NCBI GenBank assembly: GCA_018883755.1
Contig: JAHLFR010000002.1
Span: 18,040 to 42,039 of the forward strand
Direction: 5' to 3'
From: Candidatus Methanocorpusculum faecipullorum
GTDB taxonomy: Archaea; Halobacteriota; Methanomicrobia; Methanomicrobiales; Methanocorpusculaceae
Length of the DNA: 24,000 bases
Shown: positions 16,148 through 24,000 of the stretch, piece by piece
Layout of the letters: each line of letters starts with the position of its first letter
How positions within the stretch are numbered: the first letter of the stretch is position 1
Made by a program: the position numbers and the translations under genes
The notes under the pieces: generated by a model
What the model was told of the DNA's origin: nothing
Database searches by the model: none
What the model saw: only the letters and a program-made list of their open reading frames with translations

Positions 16148-16202
16148 TCTCAGTCTTTTCCAGAGTCCTATATGTATAGGCTTTCCCGATATTTAAATTC
16201 CG

Positions 16203-16850
16203 TTAGGCAAGGATGGCATCAACAACCTCGGCCACACCCTCCCCTTTACGGAGGTTGGTTTTGATGATGACCATTTCAGGGTTGTAACGCTTGATATCGG
16301 CAATCATGCGCTCGACATTACAGCCGACTGCTTCAGCGAGATCGACCTTATTAATAACAGCAATCTGGCAGTCACGGAACATCATCGGGTGTTTATTGAC
16401 AACATCATCGCCTTCGGTAGTGGAGATAACAACTACGCGCTTCTCCGCGCCGAGTTTGAAATCAGTGGGACAGACCATGTTACCGACATTTTCGATGAAG
16501 ACCACATCAATGTCGTCAAGGTCAAGGTGATCGAGGGCATGATGAACGAGGTGCGCATCTAAATGGCACTCTTTACCGGTGTTTGCATTGAAAGCTGGAA
16601 TGCCCGTTTTGACAATTCTCTGAAAATCATCATCACCATAGACATCACCGGCAATTGCAGCAGTATTGAGGTTGCGCTTTTTAAGTTCCGGGACGATCTG
16701 TTCAATGAGAGAGGTCTTACCTGACCCAATTGCTCCAAGGAGATCAAATGCACGAACGCCGTGTGCTTTGAAGTGCTCGGCGTTGTGTTCTGCGAGACGA
16801 TTATTGGCGCCGTAAATCTCGGCCTCCATGTGAACATCCACGTGATGCAT
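16203..16850 (-). CDS. hypB: hydrogenase nickel-incorporation GTPase HypB
   Basis: The 215-aa ORF has the P-loop GAIGSGKTSL and the CH...ENVGNMVCP metal/GTPase motifs. It also has NKVDL. Confidence 0.9.
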   Translation of the reverse strand: MHHVDVHMEAEIYGANNRLAEHNAEHFKAHGVRAFDLLGAIGSGKTSLIEQIVPELKKRNLNTAAIAGDVYGDDDFQRIVKTGIPAFNANTGKECHLDAHLVHHALDHLDLDDIDVVFIENVGNMVCPTDFKLGAEKRVVVISTTEGDDVVNKHPMMFRDCQIAVINKVDLAEAVGCNVERMIADIKRYNPEMVIIKTNLRKGEGVAEVVDAILA

Positions 16851-16875
16851 ACACGTACTATATGGTGCGCGCTGG

Positions 16876-16885
16876 TTTATAGATA
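16876..16885 (-). promoter_or_regulatory. TATA-like box (minus strand TATCTATAAA) about 30 nt upstream of the hypB ATG
   Basis: The spacing fits a leaderless or short-leader hypB mRNA. Confidence 0.35.
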
Positions 16886-17083
16886 CACTGTTCCTTATGT
16901 GTATGAGTGCATCATACCAATGAGATAAAAAATATGATCAGAGTTACCCAGTGTGAACGAAGAGTAATCAAGACAAAACAAAATGTAAAGTTATATTTAC
17001 ATTGAAGATCTACTACTTAGTGTCAGAGATACTCTGGCACTCAAATACATATCATAACCACAACCATACAGGAGTACGCTATC

Positions 17084-17440
17084 ATGAATACGTTCTCAAA
17101 AATTGCAGCCTTTCTGCTTGCGCTGTCCATTCTAGCAATTCCGGCAATGGCAGTGGAGGAGGAAGAACATCTGATACTTGTTAAATCTGACCCAAACAAT
17201 CCTGACATTGTCTATATGACACAGATCACCATTCCCGGACATGAGGAGATCCCTGAACATGCAGAACTTCGTCCCTTTTTCCGGGACAGTGATCCTGAGT
17301 TTGCCGTAGCAGAGACAGATGCGACAAGCTATCCGGTAGAAAATGTTGTCATATCCAAAGAGACAGCAACACCGGACTCACCTGTCGACATTACATCCTA
17401 TGAAAAAGGAGAAAAGTACGAGTACGCAGCTATCCCATAA
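17084..17440 (+). CDS. small acidic secreted protein, unknown function
   Basis: The 118-aa ORF is preceded by AGGAG. It has an N-terminal signal-peptide-like segment (MNTFSKIAAFLLALSILAIPAMA), followed by an EEEE run and a Pro/Glu/Asp-rich body. Confidence 0.5.
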   Translation: MNTFSKIAAFLLALSILAIPAMAVEEEEHLILVKSDPNNPDIVYMTQITIPGHEEIPEHAELRPFFRDSDPEFAVAETDATSYPVENVVISKETATPDSPVDITSYEKGEKYEYAAIP

Positions 17441-17469
17441 CCGGGAAGAGAAGACACATTGATTCAATA

Positions 17470-17476
17470 TTTTTTT
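17470..17476 (+). terminator. oligo-T tract (T7) 30 nt after the 17440 stop
   Basis: A run of 7 T lies downstream of the stop. Confidence 0.35.
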
Positions 17477-17495
17477 CGGCGGACTGCCAATTACC

Positions 17496-17503
17496 TTATA
17501 GAT
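17496..17503 (+). promoter_or_regulatory. TATA-like box (TTATAGAT) about 30 nt upstream of the srp19 ATG
   Basis: This is an AT-rich octamer whose spacing is consistent with a leaderless mRNA. Confidence 0.35.
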
Positions 17504-17529
17504 TTTCACACCAATACTGTATAGTATCC

Positions 17530-17802
17530 ATGGCGATTCGATATCTCTATCCCTGCTACTTTAATGCAGAATTAACCCGAGCCAAGGGTAGACGTGTGGC
17601 AAAGGACATTGCTGTACCGTCACCAAATCTTGCACAGGTTGCGCGTGCAGCAAAACAGTGCGGCTTTACAGTACTTGATGAGGAACGAGATGTGGCACAC
17701 CCGGCATACTGGTTCTCAAGGGAAGGAAGGCTGCGGGTCGAGCACGAAGGGAGCAAAGAAGAGCTTCTCAAAAAAGTTGCCCACAAGTTGAGCGGGAAGT
17801 AA
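17530..17802 (+). CDS. srp19: signal recognition particle protein SRP19
   Basis: The 90-aa ORF matches the archaeal SRP19 pattern: YP.YF.A.L.R..GRRV.K..AV..P....V..A....G......D..HP..W....GR..V. Confidence 0.85.
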   Translation: MAIRYLYPCYFNAELTRAKGRRVAKDIAVPSPNLAQVARAAKQCGFTVLDEERDVAHPAYWFSREGRLRVEHEGSKEELLKKVAHKLSGK

Positions 17803-17805
17803 CCA

Positions 17806-18450
17806 ATGTACGATTTCCACTGCCATACTACGATGAGTGACGGAGAGCTGTTGCCAACGGAGTTAATACGAAGGATGGCAGTCCTGGGCTATTCAGAGAT
17901 GGCAATCGCAGATCACGCGGACTTCTCCAATGTTAGGGAGTTGATCCGTGCAGAAGAAGCGGTAAAGCGATCGGCGGAGCTATATGGCATACGTTTGTAT
18001 TCAGGGATTGAGATTACCCATGTTCCTCCGGATCAGATCGATGAGCTTGCGGAGTATGCAAAAGGCCTCGGAGCAGAGATCGTAGTTGTGCACGGAGAAA
18101 CAGTTGCAGAACCTGTAGCACCCGGGACAAATGCAGCAGCACTTTCAAGCGCATATGTGGATATTTTAGCACATCCCGGACTTATCACAGATGAAGACGC
18201 GCGTCTCGCAGCCAGAAACGGAGTATATCTTGAGATCACATCACGCGGGGGACATAACCGTACTAACGGACATGTATTATCGGCAGCCCGTCGCGCGGGT
18301 GCGAAGATCGTCGTGGACTCGGATGCACACGGACCGGATGATCTTATGAGTGAACGCACTCGGTATTTAGTTGCACGCGGGGCTGGGATGGATGAAGAGG
18401 AGACAAAGAAAGTACTTTCCCAGACATTTGAATCCCTCTTCTCTGCATAA
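17806..18450 (+). CDS. PHP-domain metal-dependent phosphoesterase (histidinol-phosphatase-like, COG1387)
   Basis: The sequence has FHCHT..SDG at the N-terminus, plus ADHAD, VVHGE and DSDAH metal-ligand motifs. The start lies 3 nt after the srp19 stop. Confidence 0.75.
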   Translation: MYDFHCHTTMSDGELLPTELIRRMAVLGYSEMAIADHADFSNVRELIRAEEAVKRSAELYGIRLYSGIEITHVPPDQIDELAEYAKGLGAEIVVVHGETVAEPVAPGTNAAALSSAYVDILAHPGLITDEDARLAARNGVYLEITSRGGHNRTNGHVLSAARRAGAKIVVDSDAHGPDDLMSERTRYLVARGAGMDEEETKKVLSQTFESLFSA

Positions 18451-18578
18451 TCCATTATTTTATGATTCTGGGAAACATTATTATACAAGATTATCAGTAT
18501 AATATATTGCATATATACCCTGTGGTTTGATTCCACACAGATCTGAGATATATGCGGTATGATATTTGAGGCTGATTT

Positions 18579-18920
18579 GTGAAGTTTGCAGGAGAAGTTA
18601 CGGCAGTTCTTGGAAGACGGCTGCTCGTTGTCAGAAGTGATGCCGGACAACTCCCTCCTCTCTACTCAGAGGTTGCAGATGCGGACAGCCGCCCCATAGG
18701 AAAGATTGTTGATCTCTACGGGAGCGTCGCACGACCATATCTTACCGTCTTGTGCAATGATGGTGTCCATGCGGGTGTTGGAGACGGTTTATATGTGATT
18801 CCTGGTTCAAAACCGGAAACCCAAAAAAAGCGCCGTCATGTATCCGGCTATAAGGGAAAGGGCGATACCAGCCACCCGAAGACCGGAGGTTCAATATGGA
18901 AAAAGAAATCGAGAAGCTGA
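18579..18920 (+). CDS. gar1: H/ACA ribonucleoprotein component Gar1
   Basis: The 113-aa ORF has a GTG start. The core [18 protein letters not shown] matches the archaeal Gar1 pattern (G.V.D.FGP...PY..V). It sits directly upstream of tfb. Confidence 0.65.
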   Translation: MKFAGEVTAVLGRRLLVVRSDAGQLPPLYSEVADADSRPIGKIVDLYGSVARPYLTVLCNDGVHAGVGDGLYVIPGSKPETQKKRRHVSGYKGKGDTSHPKTGGSIWKKKSRS

Positions 18921-19915
18921 GACAGTTAAAAGAGGAACGCGAAAAGATGAAGCAGCGGCAGAGTACCGCTGTGGAAAAGGTGAAGGAAAAACAGGGAGGC
19001 AGTGATACAACAGCAACGGTCTGTCCAGAATGCGGTAGCCGCCAGCTTGTTCATGACTACGAACGTGCAGAGCTGGTGTGCCAGCACTGCGGTCTTGTGC
19101 TTGATGATGATTTTATCGACAGAGGACCGGAGTGGCGTGCGTTCGATCACGATCAGCGGATGAAGCGGTCGCGTGTTGGTGCCCCAATGACGTTTACGAT
19201 CCATGATAAGGGTCTGTCAACGATGATCGACTGGAGAAACCGCGACAGTTATGGTCGTGCAATTTCATCGAAAAACCGTGCCCAGCTTTACCGGCTGAGA
19301 AAGTGGCAGCGCCGTATCAGGGTATCCAATGCAACAGAGCGTAATCTTGCGTTTGCACTGTCAGAACTGGATCGTATGGCATCAGCTCTGGGTCTGCCCA
19401 GAAACGTGCGTGAGACAGCAGCAGTTGTGTACCGTGATGCAGTTGACAAGAATCTGATCCGCGGCAGAAGCATTGAAGGGGTGGCAGCCGCCGCATTGTA
19501 TGCAGCATGCCGTCAGTGCAATGTTCCAAGAACACTGGATGAGATCGCCGAAGTGTCTCGTGTATCACGGAAAGAGATTGGCAGAACATACCGGTTCATC
19601 TCCCGCGAGCTTGGTCTCAAACTGCTGCCAACATCACCTGGAGATTATGTTCCGCGGTTCTGTTCCGGCCTTGGTCTGAAGGGTGAGGTTCAGTCACGTG
19701 CAATGGAGATTCTGAAACAGGCAGGCGAGAGAGAACTGACAAGCGGGCGCGGACCAACCGGTGTGGCAGCTGCTGCAATTTATATATCCTCGATTCTCTC
19801 AGGAGAGCGGAGAACACAGCGTGAGGTCGCGGATGTTGCAGGTGTGACAGAGGTCACAATTCGGAACAGATATAAGGAATTGGCAGAACAATTAGATATT
19901 GAGATTATTCTCTAA
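18896..19915 (+). CDS. tfb: transcription initiation factor TFB (TFIIB)
   Basis: The sequence has the Zn-ribbon CPECGS...CQHCG, a B-reader/linker and two cyclin-fold repeats ([34 protein letters not shown]). The ATG at 18896 has a strong GGAGGT 5 nt upstream. An alternative ATG lies at 18947. Confidence 0.93.
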   Translation: MEKEIEKLRQLKEEREKMKQRQSTAVEKVKEKQGGSDTTATVCPECGSRQLVHDYERAELVCQHCGLVLDDDFIDRGPEWRAFDHDQRMKRSRVGAPMTFTIHDKGLSTMIDWRNRDSYGRAISSKNRAQLYRLRKWQRRIRVSNATERNLAFALSELDRMASALGLPRNVRETAAVVYRDAVDKNLIRGRSIEGVAAAALYAACRQCNVPRTLDEIAEVSRVSRKEIGRTYRFISRELGLKLLPTSPGDYVPRFCSGLGLKGEVQSRAMEILKQAGERELTSGRGPTGVAAAAIYISSILSGERRTQREVADVAGVTEVTIRNRYKELAEQLDIEIIL

Positions 19916-19945
19916 GGGGATTTCTTTTCCCCGATACATTTTATC

Positions 19946-20017
19946 GGGCTCGTATATCAGGGGTAGATAGCTACGTTCGCAACGTAGATGCCGCGGGTTC
20001 AAATCCCGCCGGGTCCA
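19946..20017 (+). tRNA. tRNA-Ala (anticodon CGC)
   Basis: I folded a 72-nt cloverleaf by hand. The acceptor GGGCTCG/CGGGTCC includes the G3:U70 alanine identity pair. The D arm is TATC/GATA and the anticodon loop is TTCGCAA. The T arm is GCGGG-TTCAAAT-CCCGC. A T-rich tract lies downstream. Confidence 0.85.
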
Positions 20018-20144
20018 TCATTTCGTTTTTCAAAAAAATTTGGAAGTAACTCTATCTCCAGAAAAGCATTGTAGCAAAAAGAGGGCATAGTTAGAGCGTA
20101 CACCTAAAGGGAAGAGATGCAGGAATCACAAAAATAATTGAAAC

Positions 20145-21458
20145 TCAGTCATTCCCGAGATGATCCTTTGCAAACCGTATCATCGAATACAAGCCATCTG
20201 AAATTGGGTGAACCTCAAGCATAGGGGAAAACTCATGCACCGTTACTCCTTTTCGCACCAAGTATCCAAGATACGTTCCCACAATACCTGTACCCGGCCC
20301 AGAACTGGAAAAACCCACAATTTTTCCGCTATCCGGTACAACAGTAAGCTCCATTGATCCCACAGACCCGTCTGAAACATGCCACACAGACCCGGGACCT
20401 GCAATATTCGGAGAGGAAAATGTTGCACCGGATTCATCAGCACACGGACAAACCGTGTAATCCAGCCCAAGCACAACGGTAAACGGAATACGGGACAGAT
20501 CCACCGTCCGCGGATTGCCAAGAATTGCATCAGCTGCAGCAAACCCTTGCAACCGTGACACCGGTGTAAAGTACGGAGCACCGGTTACATCACCGCAGGC
20601 ATACACACCGGGAACCGACGTTTCCATACGCTCATTCACCACAATAGATCCATCTTCCCGTTTCAGAACACCAGATACATGGGGACTGGACGGACGCATT
20701 CCCGTTGCAAACAACACGGCATCACACGCAAACGTCTCACCCCCTGCAACAACTCCGCAAACCGATTCCTCACCCAATACTGCATCAAGTGTACGATCCT
20801 CGTAAATTTCAACCGATGACAGGTCACGCCGTACAGCTTTCTGCATCCGATCGGGAAGGATTGACAACAGTTTGTGCCGGGCGAAAAGCAGGACCTCAAC
20901 ACCAAATGCTGAAAAGATATAGGCAAACTCTGCAGCCGTAATACCTCCACCAATGATTGCCATACGTTTTGGGAGCTCAGGCATTGATCGAATTGTCCGG
21001 GCGGTATAAGTCCCCAGCAACCCTGCACCAGGAACATCCGGAATATTCATCTCTGCACCGCATGCAATAACCACCGCCTCAGCCTCACGTACAGATCCAT
21101 CCACAATCACTTTACCGTCGCGAACCTTGGCCGTTACACCGTACTCGATCTTCACTCCGGCATCAAGCGTCTCACGTTCAAGAATCTGGGATAACCGTGC
21201 CTGAACTTTCTCAAGATTGCGCACCACTTCGGGATACCTGACAGAGACCGAACCGTCAATCACTCCACAGCCGCGTAAGAATTCAGTATTTCGGATCGAT
21301 CTGGCGACATCATTCAACCCACAGATCAGCATACACCCGTCGTGCACACACTGCCCTCCTAGTGCCCGCCGTTCCAAAAGAGTAACCTTTCGACCGGCAG
21401 AGGCAAGACGCACAGCTGCCATCCTGCCCGCCGGACCTCCACCGATGACGATAATCAT
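20145..21458 (-). CDS. class I FAD-dependent pyridine nucleotide-disulfide oxidoreductase (dihydrolipoamide dehydrogenase-like)
   Basis: The 437-aa ORF has FAD GxGxxG (VIGGGPAG) and the redox disulfide C-x4-C (GGQCVHDGC). It has the NAD fold IIGGGITAAEFA and the motif ACGDVTG. The C-terminal interface domain carries HP. Confidence 0.8.
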   Translation of the reverse strand: MIIVIGGGPAGRMAAVRLASAGRKVTLLERRALGGQCVHDGCMLICGLNDVARSIRNTEFLRGCGVIDGSVSVRYPEVVRNLEKVQARLSQILERETLDAGVKIEYGVTAKVRDGKVIVDGSVREAEAVVIACGAEMNIPDVPGAGLLGTYTARTIRSMPELPKRMAIIGGGITAAEFAYIFSAFGVEVLLFARHKLLSILPDRMQKAVRRDLSSVEIYEDRTLDAVLGEESVCGVVAGGETFACDAVLFATGMRPSSPHVSGVLKREDGSIVVNERMETSVPGVYACGDVTGAPYFTPVSRLQGFAAADAILGNPRTVDLSRIPFTVVLGLDYTVCPCADESGATFSSPNIAGPGSVWHVSDGSVGSMELTVVPDSGKIVGFSSSGPGTGIVGTYLGYLVRKGVTVHEFSPMLEVHPISDGLYSMIRFAKDHLGND

Positions 21459-22430
21459 TTAAAACACTTCACATCCTTCATCCGATGGCAGTGATAACTC
21501 CTCGCCGGTGTACGCATTCACCTCAACGATATCTTTCTTGCCGCGGACCTGCCACACAGGAACATACACTTTCTCAACAGTAATCTCAATATTATCCGGT
21601 GACGGACGGAACTCCTTTTCTTCCGCAAAAATTGCATCACCGGAGGTTGTCTTGATCCGCACACGTTTTGTCAATTTCTGGACAAGATCAGCGCGGACAC
21701 GCTCCTCGGTTTCCGCCTTAGTGTTTACCGGGCTCATTACGTCTGCGTCTGTAGGTATCGAACCCAAAACCGGTGCTGCATCACCAAAATCAGTCTCAAG
21801 ACCATTGATTGCATTCACCCATCCTGACCCCTCATCATCAAAGCTCACCATCTTTCCCTTGTAGTTTGCCTCACCACGGCTTGTGTACCGGTAATACCAG
21901 TAGGGAATCATGCGAAGTATCGTAGGTCCATCCTGATGGGCAATCCGCACTGCATCACGATCTGTGATTCTGACAGGCAGCAACTGATCACCAATGGCCC
22001 CTGCAAAAGATGAGGTGGACACAGGAGTGGCTGTGGGAGTATAGGGAGCAACAGATGGCTCATCCAGATCAAACGGCTCTGAGTAAATTCGTGCCATCGC
22101 AGAGGCAGCAATATAATGTTCAAGCTGTTCACGCGACCAGATATCCGCCTCTTTTGGACGGAAATAGGCATTGCCCGTGAAGATCAGTTTATCGCACCGG
22201 ACCTTCGTGTCCTCGAGCATTATTGTGTACGGTGTCATATCAAACCGCTGGAGAAGGTTCAGATCATCCGAACAGAGAACAATGAGACACGTCCTTCCCC
22301 GAACAGCCGAGAGATTAAACGGACCCTGCTCCTCCTCCGTATCATATCCAGCTGTTTCAAGAACGCGGCGGATCTCAATAACAGCATTTGCGTGTACAAG
22401 TTCACCCATACTTATGTAACTACTATGCAT
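21459..22430 (-). CDS. hypothetical protein: N-terminal alpha/beta domain, Pro/Thr/Ser linker, two PepSY-like modules
   Basis: The track ORF starts with TTG at 22523. I consider the ATG codons at 22430 or 22409 more likely. The stop TAA (21459-21461) directly abuts the ATG of the oxidoreductase. I recognised no family, and the start position is uncertain. Confidence 0.5.
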   Translation of the reverse strand: MHSSYISMGELVHANAVIEIRRVLETAGYDTEEEQGPFNLSAVRGRTCLIVLCSDDLNLLQRFDMTPYTIMLEDTKVRCDKLIFTGNAYFRPKEADIWSREQLEHYIAASAMARIYSEPFDLDEPSVAPYTPTATPVSTSSFAGAIGDQLLPVRITDRDAVRIAHQDGPTILRMIPYWYYRYTSRGEANYKGKMVSFDDEGSGWVNAINGLETDFGDAAPVLGSIPTDADVMSPVNTKAETEERVRADLVQKLTKRVRIKTTSGDAIFAEEKEFRPSPDNIEITVEKVYVPVWQVRGKKDIVEVNAYTGEELSLPSDEGCEVF

Positions 22431-22656
22431 CTTGTGGTCAAAAATACTTTGCAAACCGAAGACGCCCGATAATTCGTTAATTGGTATTTTTAGATTCGCT
22501 CTTTGTCTAATACAACAATCCAATACCAGCGATACTGTCTTCGCATATTTCAGGTATATTTTGCAGAAAAGTACCTATTCTTCCATTACTGGGTTGGTCG
22601 CTAAGCAAGTATTTATGCACCCATACGCATAAATTAGTTAGAATAACTCAAATTAG

Positions 22657-23973
22657 GTGTTTTCTTTGAAACTTTGGAAATCAGCACTGATTATAACCGC
22701 CTGCCTCATGCTTGTGCTTATTGCAGCACCGGTGTCTGCGGCACAGGTTTCGTACTCAACTGCGGGAATTGAATTGTTCGCAACAGCTGAGGGAGGAAAC
22801 GAGCTTGTCCCCGGAACCGAGACAGACTTTACGATCAAACTCACAAACAATGCACAGTACGAGGTTGTTGCAGCAGAGTCCGGCCTCCAACGTCAGTACG
22901 ATGTCGCAACCGCATATCAGCTTCGCGTAACGCTGGAAGATGCTGACGGAATCACAGTAAAGACCGGTACACAGACCGTCTCGCAGATTGCACCAGGAGA
23001 GTCCGCAACTCTGACCTATCGTGTCTCCGTTGATCAGTATGCAACCCCGGGACCTCAAACCCTCAAAGTTCGCGTGGTTTACAATGAACTGTTCTCAGTA
23101 GAAAATTACGGCGACGCACTTGGATACTACTGGCTGAACGATCGGGTAGCAGATGTGCCCCTTGATGTGACGGTTCGGTCCCAGGTATCTCCAGAAGTAC
23201 TTGAAGTCTCCTGTGATGATATCAGCGTGGGAACCACCGGATTCCTGACCCTTACAATCAAAAACGCAGGAGGAATGGACGCACAGAACGCATACGCATC
23301 GCTGATAACCTCCAGCTCGGGTATCTCATCCACAGCAATCGTCCCGGTTGAGAGCAGTATCTTTATTGGTGACTTCCCCGCAGGATCTACCAAGACAGTC
23401 ACCTTCAAAGTATCTGTTGCAAACAATGCAGAGGTGAATGAATACCCGGTTGGTTTGCAGATTGTTTACCAGGACAATTATGGTGTTGATCAGGTCTCTT
23501 CCCCAGTAATTGTTGGGGTACCGGTTGACGGAAAGGTTGAGTTCAAAGTAACCAATGTAGAGTCATCGCTTGGACCAGGAGACAAAGGCTTAATCAAAGT
23601 CACCTACACGAATACAGGAAATATCAAAGTATACAATGCAGAAGCCCGTCTGAGTGCAGTGGATCCATTCTCTTCCAACGATGACTCAGCGTATCTTGGC
23701 GACATGGAACCGGGAGAGTCTGTAGTGGGAAGCTATGAAGTAACGGTTGACAGTTCTGCAACCGAAAAAGAGTATGGTCTCAACACCGAAATCCGTTACT
23801 ACGATGCAAATGACAACAGCATTCTCTCCAAATCGATGAAAGCTGTCGTTGACGTCAAAGATCAGTCAGGACCGCTGGCATTTTTCACCAGCCCGATATT
23901 CATCATCATCGTTGTGGCAATTGTCTTAATCGGCGGCTACTATGTGTTCATGAAACGTAAGGGTAAGGTATAA
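22657..23973 (+). CDS. cell-surface protein with three CARDB/COG1361-type domains, signal peptide and C-terminal membrane anchor
   Basis: The 438-aa ORF has a GTG start and a signal peptide (KLWKSALIITACLMLVLIAAPVSA). A module of about 115-125 aa repeats three times (PG....L.L.I.N.G....NA.A.L ... GD..PGES....Y.V.V...A....Y.L...I.Y.D). The C-terminus has a TM helix followed by KRKGKV. Confidence 0.7.
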   Translation: MFSLKLWKSALIITACLMLVLIAAPVSAAQVSYSTAGIELFATAEGGNELVPGTETDFTIKLTNNAQYEVVAAESGLQRQYDVATAYQLRVTLEDADGITVKTGTQTVSQIAPGESATLTYRVSVDQYATPGPQTLKVRVVYNELFSVENYGDALGYYWLNDRVADVPLDVTVRSQVSPEVLEVSCDDISVGTTGFLTLTIKNAGGMDAQNAYASLITSSSGISSTAIVPVESSIFIGDFPAGSTKTVTFKVSVANNAEVNEYPVGLQIVYQDNYGVDQVSSPVIVGVPVDGKVEFKVTNVESSLGPGDKGLIKVTYTNTGNIKVYNAEARLSAVDPFSSNDDSAYLGDMEPGESVVGSYEVTVDSSATEKEYGLNTEIRYYDANDNSILSKSMKAVVDVKDQSGPLAFFTSPIFIIIVVAIVLIGGYYVFMKRKGKV

Positions 23974-23986
23974 TCCTCCCCCAATC

Positions 23987-23993
23987 TTTTTTT
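23987..23993 (+). terminator. oligo-T tract (T7) after the surface-protein gene
   Basis: A run of 7 T begins 14 nt after the TAA at 23971-23973. Confidence 0.35.
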
Positions 23994-24000
23994 GTTAAAA

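Noticed and set aside
16100-16160. A possible C/D-box sRNA. The minus strand reads GAGAUGAUCCUGAGG, with AUGAU and CUGA elements next to the hairpin.
   Set aside because: There is no canonical RUGAUGA box C, and no terminal box D at the expected 50-70 nt spacing. The CUGA elements are simply part of the hairpin stem.
18033-18650. A 205-aa minus-strand ORF spans the PHP gene 3' half, the AT-rich spacer and the gar1 start.
   Set aside because: It runs through an obvious promoter-type AT-rich spacer and is antisense to two supported genes. Its Ser/Ala/Pro-rich composition is typical of a shadow frame.
1-24000. I looked across the whole window for CRISPR-like regularly spaced repeats, IS or transposase and integrase genes, toxin-antitoxin-sized gene pairs, recognisable defence-system enzymes, rRNA, and tRNA 3'-half direct repeats marking integration sites.
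   Set aside because: I found none by eye. A repeat finder and HMM searches would be needed to exclude short or diverged instances.

Overview
This window is an archaeal chromosomal segment, densely coding, with roughly 50% G+C judged by eye. The archaeal assignment rests on aIF5B, ribosomal proteins S6e and S8e, SRP19, Gar1 and TFB. A methanogen of the Methanomicrobia is only my guess. I support 26 protein genes and 3 tRNAs: Val-GAC, His-GTG with an encoded G-1, and Ala-CGC. I found no rRNA, CRISPR array, transposase or integrase.

The layout has three parts:
- **Core flank (1-1.7 kb):** serA.
- **Accessory block (1.7-12.1 kb), delimited by tRNA-Val and tRNA-His:** an AT-rich islet with a YdeI-like gene, a radical SAM/SPASM maturase plus hotdog thioesterase, cyclophilin, a GyrI-like protein, hybrid cluster protein, a MarR plus heterodimeric ABC exporter operon, and HxlR.
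- **Information-processing neighbourhood (12.3-20 kb):** aIF5B-S6e, DUF2240 plus an unknown gene, S8e, hypB, SRP19-PHP and gar1-tfb-tRNA-Ala. It is followed by a disulfide-oxidoreductase plus unknown-protein operon and a three-domain surface protein.

The best candidates for something undescribed are:
1. The orphan rSAM/SPASM-thioesterase pair, which has no obvious substrate.
2. The translationally abutted Lpd-like oxidoreductase and unknown two-module protein.
3. The DUF2240 plus 140-aa pair embedded among translation genes.
4. A strand-asymmetric extended hairpin in the hypB-rps8e spacer.

All product calls come from motif and family recognition by eye. No database search was run.
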